Positions 10,135-19,103 of a DNA stretch of 64,000 nt are shown here, piece after piece. Origin of the DNA: a virus (taxonomy: Duplodnaviria; Heunggongvirae; Uroviricota; Caudoviricetes); the IMG/VR virus record IMGVR_UViG_3300028992_000036, one strand, 5' to 3'. The position numbers and the translations under genes were made by a program. Position 1 is the first letter of the stretch; each line of letters starts with the position of its first letter. Below the pieces are notes generated by a model. It was not told the DNA's origin, did not search any database, and saw only the letters and a program-made list of their open reading frames with translations.

Positions 10135-10799
10135 GCAGCCATCTCCCCGGAAGAGATCTTCTCCGCATATGCCACAAATGCGTCTACCCCGCTTTCTCCC
10201 GTCATTTCTTCCATGTGGGCAAGCAAATCACCAACAACAATGGCAGAGCCAGCAGGGAGCGTTTTAAAGCCCAATACGTCGACAACACGTACTTCTTCCG
10301 CTGCAACTTCACGACTGATCTCGGTGTGTTCATCCTTCTGTCGTTTAGTTTCTTCGCCAAGATCGATAACTAGCGAGTCGGTGTCCATTTCTTCTGTCAT
10401 ACTGCCAACGAGAACATTCAACTCACGCTCTTCAAAGCCGAAAACCTCGATATCGTCCAGAACAAGCGACTCAAGCTCTTTCTGTAGCTTAATTGCATCG
10501 TAATCAATGCTGGCAAGTCGGTTATCTTCAAGGCGCTTCGCACGAACCTCGTCATCACTGAGATCATCGCGAACAATAACCGGTACGCGCTCAAGTCCAG
10601 CAAAAATTGCAGCCTCACGGCGGCCGTGGCCAGTAATAATTACGTCGTTCTTATCGACCGTAATTGGCTGGTCAAATCCGCGCTTTTTAATGGCTGCGGC
10701 TAGATCTCGGATCTGCTGTTCATCATGCTTTTTGGCATTCATCTCATAGGGAATAAGATCTGCCGGGTCGCGATATACGATTTCAAACTTTTTGGTCAT
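10131..10799 (-). CDS. ParB-like nuclease domain protein (paralog 1); start curated to MTKKFEIVY
   Basis: ParB/Srx-type N-terminal motif IITGHGRREAA; TAATG overlap with upstream paralog. Confidence 0.65.
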   Translation of the reverse strand: MTKKFEIVYRDPADLIPYEMNAKKHDEQQIRDLAAAIKKRGFDQPITVDKNDVIITGHGRREAAIFAGLERVPVIVRDDLSDDEVRAKRLEDNRLASIDYDAIKLQKELESLVLDDIEVFGFEERELNVLVGSMTEEMDTDSLVIDLGEETKRQKDEHTEISREVAAEEVRVVDVLGFKTLPAGSAIVVGDLLAHMEEMTGESGVDAFVAYAEKISSGEMAA

Positions 10800-11497
10800 T
10801 ACATACGCTCCTTGTAGTAGTCGACCAGCCACACCAGAGCCTCACCAGCGTTCTCCATTTCATTACCGGTGTTAATAGCCTGCTCTTTGATGATGTTTTT
10901 TATGGTTTCTGCAACACGATCTGACGCATCGAAAGTTACTTTGAAGCGCATGGTCTGATGTTCCGCACCCACACGTTCGGTTTTCTCTCGTTTGTCGGTA
11001 TCGACAGGCTCATCACTACCACGAGACAACGCCTCCAGTGCTTCAAGGTCGATTGCCGCCTCTTTTGCTAAAACCATCGAGATTTCGTCGTCATACGGGG
11101 CGATTTCAGACAGTTGATAGTCAAGTTCTGACTGAATTTCTTCAATGAAGCGTTGCAATGCGATTTGGTCGTCTTCACCGTATCGCTCGTTGTCCACCAG
11201 TGACATCTGTTTAGCTACGACATCGCTAATTTTGCCCACAGAAAGCACCGGAACCGTTGAAATTCCTTGCTCAATAGCAGCACGCCAGCGATGTTCGCCG
11301 CCGAGGATTTCAAAAAATCCATCTTCAAGTTCACGAGCCAAAATTGGCTTAAAAAAGCCCAATTTTTCGATAGAACCTTTCAGTTTTTCAAAATTCTGCG
11401 CACCAACCGAATTGGTGTTCCAGGTATTCGGGCGAAGGTTGGCAACATCAACCTGCAAAATCGTGATTTTTACATCCATTTTATTGCTACAATCCAC
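10799..11497 (-). CDS. ParB-like nuclease domain protein (paralog 2)
   Basis: ParB box-like ILGGEHRWRAA; 232 aa; no ParA-type partner in window. Confidence 0.65.
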   Translation of the reverse strand: MDCSNKMDVKITILQVDVANLRPNTWNTNSVGAQNFEKLKGSIEKLGFFKPILARELEDGFFEILGGEHRWRAAIEQGISTVPVLSVGKISDVVAKQMSLVDNERYGEDDQIALQRFIEEIQSELDYQLSEIAPYDDEISMVLAKEAAIDLEALEALSRGSDEPVDTDKREKTERVGAEHQTMRFKVTFDASDRVAETIKNIIKEQAINTGNEMENAGEALVWLVDYYKERM

Positions 11498-11561
11498 TAA
11501 GTAATCACTTACTTATTATAATAGCCAAATAACATACAAAAGGCACTAAGGAAAGAGGTTT

Positions 11562-13121
11562 ATGACTGTTCGGATTGTATCTAACGCAGTAAATGCGCTT
11601 ATTTCTGGCGCAGATGACAAGGTAAAGCAACTGGTGCAGCAAATGTTGAGCTACGAAGTCGAGACTGGCGACTGGAAGGGCACAAGCACGATGTTCAACT
11701 GGAGTAAAAACTCGTTCCCTGCTGGCTTTGCCAAGCCTGTAGCGGCGAACTTGAACAAGGCGGGCATCAAATGTGTTCATATCCGCAAAGACAAAGCCCC
11801 GGCGCTTGGTAAACCAAATCCGGCGGTTAACCCATTCCCATACAATCCTGATTATGCGTATCAGGATCAGACTGTGGAAACACTGGTTCGAGAGGGAATG
11901 ATGATTGCGCAGATCGCTACTGGTGGCGGGAAATCTAACGTTGCCTGCAAAGCAGCTGCACGTATCGGTCGAATGACATTATTTTTAACAACCCGCTCTG
12001 TTCTGATGTTTCAAATGGCCGAAAACTTCCAGAGATCCATCGACTACCGCGCCGAAAATGGCGAACCGTGGTTAAAAGACCAAAAGGTTGGAGTCATTGG
12101 CTCGGGTGAGTTCCAGGTATCACGACATATCAACGTCGCTACAGTTCAAACTCTTGCAAGTTTCCTCGAAGAACCACCACGCGATGCAACACCAGATAAG
12201 AAAAGCTACCACCTCAAACGTCGGGAGTTGGTGAAACGCTTCCTTTCAAGTGTCTCTCTTCTTATTCTGGAAGAGGCGCATGAGTCTTCAGGCTCAAATT
12301 TCTATGACATCGCCAGATTATGTGTGAACGCAGACTATCGTCTGGCGCTTACAGCCACGCCGTTCATGAAGGATTCGACGGAAGCCAACATGCGCCTGAT
12401 GGCGGTGGCCGGGCGAATTGAAATTAAAGTCACAGAAAAGTACCTGATTGATCGAGGCATTCTGGCAAAGCCGTACTTCCTTTATCATAAAGTTGCCTAC
12501 AAGCCAGACGAGGCCAGAATCAAGGCCGAACTTGCCAACAAACACCTCAATTTTAGAGTTGGTATGAGCACCGCCTACCAAAAGGCTTATCAGTTGGGGA
12601 TCGTGTATAATTTGGGACGTAACGAGGCCATTGTTCGCGAAGCATTGCTCTATAAGCAACATTCTCTCAATTGTATGACTCTGGTTCGTCTTAAACGCCA
12701 CGGGCAAATCCTGATGGAAATGATGAAAGAGTCCGGCCTTAGAGTTGACTTCATCTATGGGGAATCTAACCAGGCGACAAGGCAAGCAAAGCTGAACAGT
12801 TTAGCGTCTGGAGAAATAGATGTTTTAATAGGCTCGACTATTCTGGATGTCGGTGTTGATGTGCCAAGCGTTGGTGCGGTCATTCTTGCTGGTGGTGGGA
12901 AAGCAGAAGTTGAAATGAGGCAGCGTGTCGGTCGTGGCTTACGAGCCAAAAAAAATCAGGCAAACGTGTGTTTTATCACTGATTTCATTGACATTAGCAA
13001 CAAATACCTGTTGTCTCACTCTTATGAGCGAAAACACATCATCGACACCACACCTGGCTTTGCAGAAGGTGTATTGCCTATTGATGGAGCATTCGATTTT
13101 GGAGTTCTGAAACGAGATTAG
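11562..13121 (+). CDS. superfamily 2 helicase (DEAD/DEAH-type)
   Basis: Motif I IATGGGKSN, motif II LILEEAHE, motif VI QRVGRGLR; AAGGAAAGAGG Shine-Dalgarno; divergent from the ParB/ATPase block. Confidence 0.75.
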   Translation: MTVRIVSNAVNALISGADDKVKQLVQQMLSYEVETGDWKGTSTMFNWSKNSFPAGFAKPVAANLNKAGIKCVHIRKDKAPALGKPNPAVNPFPYNPDYAYQDQTVETLVREGMMIAQIATGGGKSNVACKAAARIGRMTLFLTTRSVLMFQMAENFQRSIDYRAENGEPWLKDQKVGVIGSGEFQVSRHINVATVQTLASFLEEPPRDATPDKKSYHLKRRELVKRFLSSVSLLILEEAHESSGSNFYDIARLCVNADYRLALTATPFMKDSTEANMRLMAVAGRIEIKVTEKYLIDRGILAKPYFLYHKVAYKPDEARIKAELANKHLNFRVGMSTAYQKAYQLGIVYNLGRNEAIVREALLYKQHSLNCMTLVRLKRHGQILMEMMKESGLRVDFIYGESNQATRQAKLNSLASGEIDVLIGSTILDVGVDVPSVGAVILAGGGKAEVEMRQRVGRGLRAKKNQANVCFITDFIDISNKYLLSHSYERKHIIDTTPGFAEGVLPIDGAFDFGVLKRD

Positions 13122-13123
13122 TT

Positions 13124-13402
13124 ATGAGCGAAAAGAAAACAACTTATTGTCAGGTAGCATTGTCTGATAAGGCCAATGACAAACTTGGAAAGTTTCAAGT
13201 GAAACTAAAAGAAAAAAATATCAAAATGTCTAAGGCTGAAGTCATAAATACCATTCTGGAACAATTGACAATGGCCGACTTTGACAAGGTTATATCTTCT
13301 GTCGGGGCTTCCGCTAAGACTCGTGAGAAAATCATGCGTATCTATGAGAACTCTAATATGACAAAGGAAGATCTCGAAACGCTATTAAGCAGATTAAAAT
13401 AA
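13124..13402 (+). CDS. hypothetical protein
   Basis: 92-aa ORF 3 bp after the helicase stop. Confidence 0.4.
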   Translation: MSEKKTTYCQVALSDKANDKLGKFQVKLKEKNIKMSKAEVINTILEQLTMADFDKVISSVGASAKTREKIMRIYENSNMTKEDLETLLSRLK

Positions 13403-13428
13403 TCACGCTATCAATTAGGGAGACAAAG

Positions 13429-13893
13429 ATGAAGTCTCCCATACTGTTCACTTTCTGTTCTAAAACTATCATGAAATACTCGCTTCTCCCTCTACTAACG
13501 TTACCAGTGTTGATGCTTACCGCGTGCCAATCACGCCCAATATCAATCCATGACGCCAAACCAGCACCGCAGGCCAAAGTGTTCAAGTATCAAAGCGCAG
13601 CGCCAGCTACGTTGGTGGTAATGAGAGACACAGGTTTTGTAGGAGCTGGATGTGATGCTTCCATTTTCATCAACGGCGAAACTGTCGCAAAACTGGCTAC
13701 AGGCGAAAAAGCGACTTTCCATTTAAATGCCGGAGAATTAATTGTGGGTGCATCTCTTGAAGGTGCAGGTTTATGTGCTCTAAACCCCGCTCGTCAAGAG
13801 CGAGAAACGACTCTGAAGAATGGAGACACAAAAGCGTTCAGGGTGTTCACCAGCAATTCTGGTGACATCGACATTCTGCCAACAACTCTGTGA
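13429..13893 (+). CDS. putative lipoprotein
   Basis: Signal peptide ending in lipobox LTAC; AGGGAGACAAAG Shine-Dalgarno (alternative start at 13471). Confidence 0.5.
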   Translation: MKSPILFTFCSKTIMKYSLLPLLTLPVLMLTACQSRPISIHDAKPAPQAKVFKYQSAAPATLVVMRDTGFVGAGCDASIFINGETVAKLATGEKATFHLNAGELIVGASLEGAGLCALNPARQERETTLKNGDTKAFRVFTSNSGDIDILPTTL

Positions 13894-13897
13894 TGAC

Positions 13898-14422
13898 ATG
13901 ACAACCAAAGATATTACCTACGGTATCCAAGCTGAACTCTGGCCGCGAGATTACACTAACGTTGAAAAACTACTGATGTTCTGGCGCAGAGAACAAATTC
14001 CTGTAAGGGTCACTCTCGAAGATGGCCAGGCGTTTTGCATGTACGTTTATGGCCTCATGCCATCTCGTAACAAAGTTGACCTTTGCCCAGCCCCTTTTGA
14101 CAAAGAAAATCGTATAAGGCTCCCACTTGAACGCATTAGTACAATTGAATCAGGTGTGGTTGACAGTATCGCTCACGATTTCAAAGGTCGACTAACAGTT
14201 CACCCTGATTATGTCGATAATCGGCCATCACGCCGCGATTTTTTTGCAATTTGCAACCAAGCCTACAAAGCAAACAAATCTATAAGGGTGTACATGGCGG
14301 ATGGCCGTGAAATTGAGGGGGTGTCAGCAGGCGCAGATGCTTGTCAGGTTACACTACGTGTCGAGAACGGTAGAAAAATAGTTGTTTTGTTCGATTGGGT
14401 TGAACGAATTTTGCCTTTTTGA
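13898..14422 (+). CDS. hypothetical protein (start curated to MTTKDITY)
   Basis: ATG 4 nt after the lipoprotein stop; ORF-track start at 13820 overlaps the upstream gene. Confidence 0.45.
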   Translation: MTTKDITYGIQAELWPRDYTNVEKLLMFWRREQIPVRVTLEDGQAFCMYVYGLMPSRNKVDLCPAPFDKENRIRLPLERISTIESGVVDSIAHDFKGRLTVHPDYVDNRPSRRDFFAICNQAYKANKSIRVYMADGREIEGVSAGADACQVTLRVENGRKIVVLFDWVERILPF

Positions 14423-14425
14423 GTT

Positions 14426-14734
14426 ATGAAATCGATATTGTTACCACCATTATTTTTACTTTGCTCAGTTACGGCAAATGCAATGGACTATAAGCCTGTC
14501 ATTCAGTCGCTGATGAATGACGTGTGCTCAACGTCTCAGAATGTATCAGTTTGCATGTATCAATTTTCGGCAGCCGTAAAAGCAGGAAAAGCGATAGGTG
14601 AGAATGTGGAACTGTGTAAGAAAGTGGCAAATGAAGAAAGGGCAATGTTGGATTGCGAATCTAGCGAGTCATCGGCACAGTTCGTTGATGCGCTATTTGA
14701 CACCAATCGTAAGGCTGTAGAGTCTGTTCAATAA
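14426..14734 (+). CDS. small secreted/periplasmic protein
   Basis: N-terminal signal peptide MKSILLPPLFLLCSVTANA; 102 aa. Confidence 0.5.
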   Translation: MKSILLPPLFLLCSVTANAMDYKPVIQSLMNDVCSTSQNVSVCMYQFSAAVKAGKAIGENVELCKKVANEERAMLDCESSESSAQFVDALFDTNRKAVESVQ

Positions 14735-14920
14735 ATCTATAAGGTTAATAACCGGCTAAGTCCGGCTATTATTTTTCACATCACTTCTTTATATCTACAA
14801 ATCAAATAACCTAAATATATATAAGGTCTAAAGCCGCAATCGATTATTTATTTAGGGAACACCTTCGACGATCTCGCTTTTATTTCTAGGACTTTCATCC
14901 CTGCAAAAAATTTTAAAAAA

Positions 14921-14948
14921 ACACTTGCAATCTATTTTCGCGTATCGA
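14921..14948 (+). promoter_or_regulatory. putative sigma70-type promoter TTGCAA-16 bp-GATAAT upstream of AT-rich cassette
   Basis: Hexamer match and spacing in an AT-rich intergenic region about 70 bp upstream of the 15018 start. Confidence 0.3.
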
Positions 14949-15017
14949 TAATTGAACTCGTCGAAAGCGAAGACGCTAACGACAATAAATTTTAAATTTA
15001 CATAAGGAAAAATTATC

Positions 15018-15668
15018 ATGGCTAACATTATCATTTCTAAAAAATCCATCATTGAAGCTGCTTCCATTGTATCCGATGAACTGCGCGAAAAAGCAGATCT
15101 GGCAACTCAAACATATAACGAACATTATAAAAATGGTACGCACACTAAAGCAGACAAAGCAAATATGCAAGCTGCGACCACTAAACTTGCTTACTTCATC
15201 AACAACGTCGTAAACGCAGTAGAAGACGAAAAATTATGCTCTGTTTTCTACTATGCGATTAAAGCAAGCAAACAAGCGCCAGAAGTATTTTTCCGTGATG
15301 CAATGACTAATAGTTATTCTCTGGAAAAACTGGTTTATCTGGTTAAATCAATTAAATCTGGTAAATGCGTTTATTCCATCGCTGATATGTCAGGATCTCG
15401 TGTATTCGCTTTAATCGATATGATTAACGACGAGATCGACACGTTCACCAATGGCGCTGTTTTCGATTTAATGAATGAAGCTAAAAAAGCGTGCGAAATT
15501 AAATTGGACGCTGGCTATACTCAAGCCAACCAGTTGATCAATCTTTGCGAACGTCTTGGACTTGTTGAGAAAGTCAAAGGAATGGGAAGCGCAAAAGCTG
15601 GTACACAGCAATATCGCTTTATCAAGAATGATTTCTACAATTATTTAGCTGATGCTTTTAAAGCGTAA
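15018..15668 (+). CDS. hypothetical protein of AT-rich cassette
   Basis: 216-aa ORF with Shine-Dalgarno AAGGAAAAA; markedly AT-rich codon usage versus neighbours; followed by hairpin terminator. Confidence 0.5.
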   Translation: MANIIISKKSIIEAASIVSDELREKADLATQTYNEHYKNGTHTKADKANMQAATTKLAYFINNVVNAVEDEKLCSVFYYAIKASKQAPEVFFRDAMTNSYSLEKLVYLVKSIKSGKCVYSIADMSGSRVFALIDMINDEIDTFTNGAVFDLMNEAKKACEIKLDAGYTQANQLINLCERLGLVEKVKGMGSAKAGTQQYRFIKNDFYNYLADAFKA

Positions 15669-15682
15669 TTAATGGAATCAAG

Positions 15683-15705
15683 CGCCCACTATGGGCGCTT
15701 TAAAG
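15683..15705 (+). terminator. hairpin GCGCCCACTATGGGCGC + T-tract
   Basis: Perfect inverted repeat; identical element repeated at 16179-16205. Confidence 0.5.
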
Positions 15706-15718
15706 GAGCTTTAAAAAA

Positions 15719-15922
15719 ATGGTCAGCTATGACAAGATCCGCGCAAAGTATCGCGCAAAGTATCGCGCTTATAAACTGGAATTAATCGATGATTTGATCG
15801 CGCAACGCGACCAATTAAATTTTACGTTTTCTGATTTGCTTAACAGCAAGCGAGATTGCAAGCGCAAACGTGAATACTTACGTTTAAGCGCATTAATCGG
15901 AAAACTTCAAAATTCTATTTAA
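15719..15922 (+). CDS. small basic protein (YRAKYRAKYRA repeat)
   Basis: 67-aa ORF with AAGGAGC Shine-Dalgarno. Confidence 0.4.
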   Translation: MVSYDKIRAKYRAKYRAYKLELIDDLIAQRDQLNFTFSDLLNSKRDCKRKREYLRLSALIGKLQNSI

Positions 15923-15943
15923 TTTTTTTTAAGGAGCTTAATC

Positions 15944-16174
15944 ATGTTTGTTCTTATCGCTGGCGTTAACGTCCATAATGAATATTATGTTAATCGCATC
16001 GCTGGGATCGCTGGTTACGCTGGGCGCGCAGTCGAGCTTATAGATGAAACGACGCGCAAAATTGACTTATTGAGCGACCAGGAGCGAAAAAAAGCAGACG
16101 TGAACGACGCTGATATATTTTTAATGTTAAAAGCGTTTGTAGAAATGGGATTTAAAATCAGTTTACACAAATAA
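15944..16174 (+). CDS. small hypothetical protein
   Basis: 76-aa ORF with AAGGAGC Shine-Dalgarno; followed by hairpin + T7 terminator. Confidence 0.4.
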   Translation: MFVLIAGVNVHNEYYVNRIAGIAGYAGRAVELIDETTRKIDLLSDQERKKADVNDADIFLMLKAFVEMGFKISLHK

Positions 16175-16178
16175 AATC

Positions 16179-16205
16179 GAGCGCCCACTATGGGCGCTTT
16201 TTTTC
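16179..16205 (+). terminator. rho-independent terminator GCGCCCACTATGGGCGC + TTTTTTT
   Basis: Perfect stem followed by 7 T; second similar hairpin GCGCCAtcaTTGGCGC + T-run near 16228-16252. Confidence 0.55.
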
Positions 16206-16659
16206 GTTTCCAATACACCTACCATAACGCGCCATCATTGGCGCGTTTTTATTGTCTTTAACTCACTCCAACAACATAAAAATAAGCGCCAAAATAACGC
16301 CATAGACGCGCTTTTATATCCTTACCAGTACATGCCCATTACTTAACACATTAACGCGCTTAAAACGCATTATATTGCGCTATAGAGTATGGTTAATCAT
16401 TGGCTTTTAGTCTTGCTATGTGATCCGCGTTTATTTGTCGGTGCGGATCGGCATTTTGTTTTGTTCTGTATCCGCTCGCGTATTATGTGCGCGTGATTTT
16501 TCACATAATCACACCACTTAATCACGTATGTGATTATGCTACGAAAGAAATCTGGATGTCTCAGGCGACGAAAGTCATCATAATTTCCCCCGCTCACCTG
16601 TCCGACAACCGCTGGTTGGATTCCACCAGCTTCCCGATGTTTTTTCTACACAAAGGCGA

Positions 16660-16785
16660 ATGCAGCCGTTTCCCGAAAAAATCCTGGCCGTTCCCCGTCG
16701 GCTCATGAATACGTTCCTCGCCGTTTCTGAAAATTTCCCTGCGGCAGCTGGTGGCTATAGAGAAAGGGCCGTTTCTGGCCCTCTT
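16660..16785. repeat. iteron-like array, about 5 copies of GCCGTTTCCC(TGAAAA) at about 22-bp spacing
   Basis: Repeats at about 16666, 16688, 16712, 16721, 16769; same motif family as the array at 19790-19950. Confidence 0.5.
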
Positions 16786-16790
16786 CTCAG

Positions 16791-17273
16791 TTACACGCCA
16801 TCAAGGATGTGGATGCGGTTGCTTGCGTATACATTCAGCATAAAGTTAGCGCAAAACAGTTTCCATGTATCAACGCCAGCGGTATACGTAATGTTTTTGC
16901 ATTTAATTGCATTGTTGGCGATCCGCATCCCCTGCGATACTGCTTCATCGTCGGAAAATTTGAACGACGATTGAGTTTTAATCCAGACAGAAATCTGCGT
17001 AGCGAACTCAATCAGCTTGGACTGGCAGAATCGCCCGGAGCGCACCGGAAAGACGAACGTTCCGAATCCAGAATTTACCACATATGCTTTCTCAAATACC
17101 CGCGAGTAACGACGATTGCCAATGATGTCGCGTGCAATAATGCATTTTTCTTGTGCTGACAGTTCTACCGTCTCATTGTCGCGCCATGCACCAAGTACTC
17201 GTTTTTCAATGTCAGAGAACGTTACAGCGATATTGCCATGTGCGGGTGCGTTTACAGTAGCGATAAAATTCAT
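16791..17273 (-). CDS. hypothetical protein
   Basis: 160-aa ORF; TAAGGAATTAATC Shine-Dalgarno; upstream AACAAATTGTTTTCT palindrome. Confidence 0.5.
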   Translation of the reverse strand: MNFIATVNAPAHGNIAVTFSDIEKRVLGAWRDNETVELSAQEKCIIARDIIGNRRYSRVFEKAYVVNSGFGTFVFPVRSGRFCQSKLIEFATQISVWIKTQSSFKFSDDEAVSQGMRIANNAIKCKNITYTAGVDTWKLFCANFMLNVYASNRIHILDGV

Positions 17274-17623
17274 GATTAATTCCTTATCGTAAATAACAAA
17301 TTGTTTTCTTGTTGGTGTTAATTATCGTTGTACGAATAAGGCGTCAAAGTGGAAAGTTGCGGTAGCCGGACGGGAACAGGTGGGTTTGTCGGTTGCCTGG
17401 AGGTAAGAGGTTGGTGTTATTAGCCTGAGGGAAACAGGATGGTCATTTAAGACCACCAATGCTGGTGGCCTTAATAATTATCGCCCGATTACGCTAAGGA
17501 TCTTTTCCTCAACTGATTTGTTGTTGCGACTAAACTGCCTTGCGTATCTGATGACAGAAGAGGCGTTTTGCTTTCTGACCATCTCGGCTCTTTCCTTCAG
17601 GCGTTTCTTGAAATCGCCCATAT

Positions 17624-17998
17624 TTACCACCAGGCGCAGAAGGTCAGTCTGTTATTGTGAAAGTCGTGGTTCTTAATCAGATCTTCCACAAGCTCTTTCA
17701 ACTGCCCCACATCATGCCAGTAACCTTCGTCGTACTCCTGACTGCCGAAGAAAAAACCTTCCCGAGTAGGCAAGTACTCTTCGCAATTGCTTTCGTTTAT
17801 GTGCATCAAATGAGCTTTCAGAAGACAAATGTCATTCATCGTTAATTCTAAAAGCTCACAATTTTCGACTTCACCTACGTTGCGCTCCATCCACCCAACG
17901 AGCGCATTGAACTTACGGAAGTAAGCAACCTGCTTTCTGGATGCCTCGTTATTCAGATCGTTTTTAGGCTGTGTCTCGATATAGATATCAAGTCCCAT
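17624..17998 (-). CDS. hypothetical protein (start curated to MGLDIYIE)
   Basis: Internal ATG preceded by AAGGAAACC; the ORF-track ATG at 18040 lacks a ribosome-binding site. Confidence 0.5.
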   Translation of the reverse strand: MGLDIYIETQPKNDLNNEASRKQVAYFRKFNALVGWMERNVGEVENCELLELTMNDICLLKAHLMHINESNCEEYLPTREGFFFGSQEYDEGYWHDVGQLKELVEDLIKNHDFHNNRLTFCAWW

Positions 17999-18115
17999 GA
18001 TGGTTTCCTTATTAACTTGCTTCAGTAAAATCATTTTCACAAATCAGATAAGGCAGAAAACAAATTGTTATCGGGCTTAATAAAATGGCGCGGTTTACGC
18101 GCCATTTAAAGAGGA

Positions 18116-18511
18116 TTAAGCGAATACGCTTTCAGGGATTAAGGTGTCGGCAGGAATGCCAGAGGTAATGCGCAGGCCGTACTGACCAATCCAGGTAGTG
18201 TTGGTATTCAGGCTGGAGGCGAATACGGTGTTAACCATATTCATCATGGTTTCAAACACCTCTTCATCAACCTGGCGGAAGTAGTTCTCGATTTTCAGCA
18301 GCAGCGGGTCAGTTGCATCGAGAATGGACTGGTATTGAGTCGCGTACTCGCCGCCGGAGGCATCACCTTTACGCACGATCGTACTGGCCTGGACTTCGGC
18401 ACCAGTTTCGGTGTTGTACGTAACAACGGTAATTTTTGCCACATTCTTACCTTCGGCGGTTTCAGAGGCATAGTAAACATCAACTGTCAGTTTTTCGCGT
18501 TTAACGGTCAT
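18116..18511 (-). CDS. hypothetical protein
   Basis: 131-aa ORF with CTACGGAGAG Shine-Dalgarno. Confidence 0.5.
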   Translation of the reverse strand: MTVKREKLTVDVYYASETAEGKNVAKITVVTYNTETGAEVQASTIVRKGDASGGEYATQYQSILDATDPLLLKIENYFRQVDEEVFETMMNMVNTVFASSLNTNTTWIGQYGLRITSGIPADTLIPESVFA

Positions 18512-18574
18512 TTCACTCTCCGTAGTGTCTTGATTATTTTTCTATTTTATAATCGTAGGTATGTACTTACAATA

Positions 18575-18605
18575 CAAAAAAGCCCCGTAAGGATGGCGGG
18601 GCTGT
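18575..18605 (-). terminator. rho-independent terminator AGCCCCGCCATCCTTACGGGGCT + TTTTTT
   Basis: 7-bp GC stem followed by T6 on the minus strand, downstream of the 18638 gene. Confidence 0.6.
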
Positions 18606-18637
18606 CGTACGGTCGACTAATTACCACTTGCACATTA

Positions 18638-18949
18638 TCAGGCTATTGCCATCACTGATGCTCTCTGAATTTCTTGCTGGGCCACGCGGTTAACTTCCAT
18701 CAAAGCCAGTTCGAGCTGATGTTCCGGCCACATTCTTTGAAATGCCATCCAGCCTTTTCCACGCTGGCGACGAACATTCATTACATAACGAGTAAAGGTG
18801 TTTTTATCGAAAGACACCGCTGTTTCACGGAACAGACGAATAGAGGTTCCATTGGCAACGATGTCCAGCAAAGTTAATTGAGCAACCAGCGCAGGCTTCT
18901 CTTTTCTCTTCTGGTCTTTGTCCAGACCAAGAACCAATGATTTTTTCAT
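18638..18949 (-). CDS. hypothetical protein (start curated to MKKSLVLG)
   Basis: Internal ATG with ACGGAG Shine-Dalgarno; the ORF-track start is TTG inside the palindromic motif. Confidence 0.45.
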   Translation of the reverse strand: MKKSLVLGLDKDQKRKEKPALVAQLTLLDIVANGTSIRLFRETAVSFDKNTFTRYVMNVRRQRGKGWMAFQRMWPEHQLELALMEVNRVAQQEIQRASVMAIA

Positions 18950-19103
18950 CACAACTCCGTAAACAACTTGTTTTCTCAATGGCGTAAATAATACCAGTAA
19001 GAAAACGGCTACAAAGCATATTGATCAGGTGTATGAGCGATATGCAGGTTCTTCCCTGCGGCTACAGATGAAGTTAAGCCAGCATTGCTGGCTTTGGTTG
19101 GGT

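Noticed and set aside
10131-11497. Interpreting the two ParB-like genes as a classical ParAB partition system
   Set aside because: No ParA/Walker-type partition ATPase and no obvious parS next to them; the adjacent ATPase is ABC-like, not ParA-like. They are kept as ParB-like nuclease-domain proteins of unknown role.
16397-16974. Small ORFs (16397-16597, 16487-16708, 16660-16974) over the iteron-like array and the inverted repeat CATAATCACA...TGTGATTATG
   Set aside because: They overlap repeat DNA, lack ribosome-binding sites and give low-complexity translations; the region is treated as regulatory or non-coding.
18900-18962. Apparent 1-nt inconsistency between the printed sequence and the ORF-track translation of 18638-18979
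   Set aside because: Most likely a formatting or transcription artefact in my reading; ORF-track coordinates were trusted and no frameshift is claimed.
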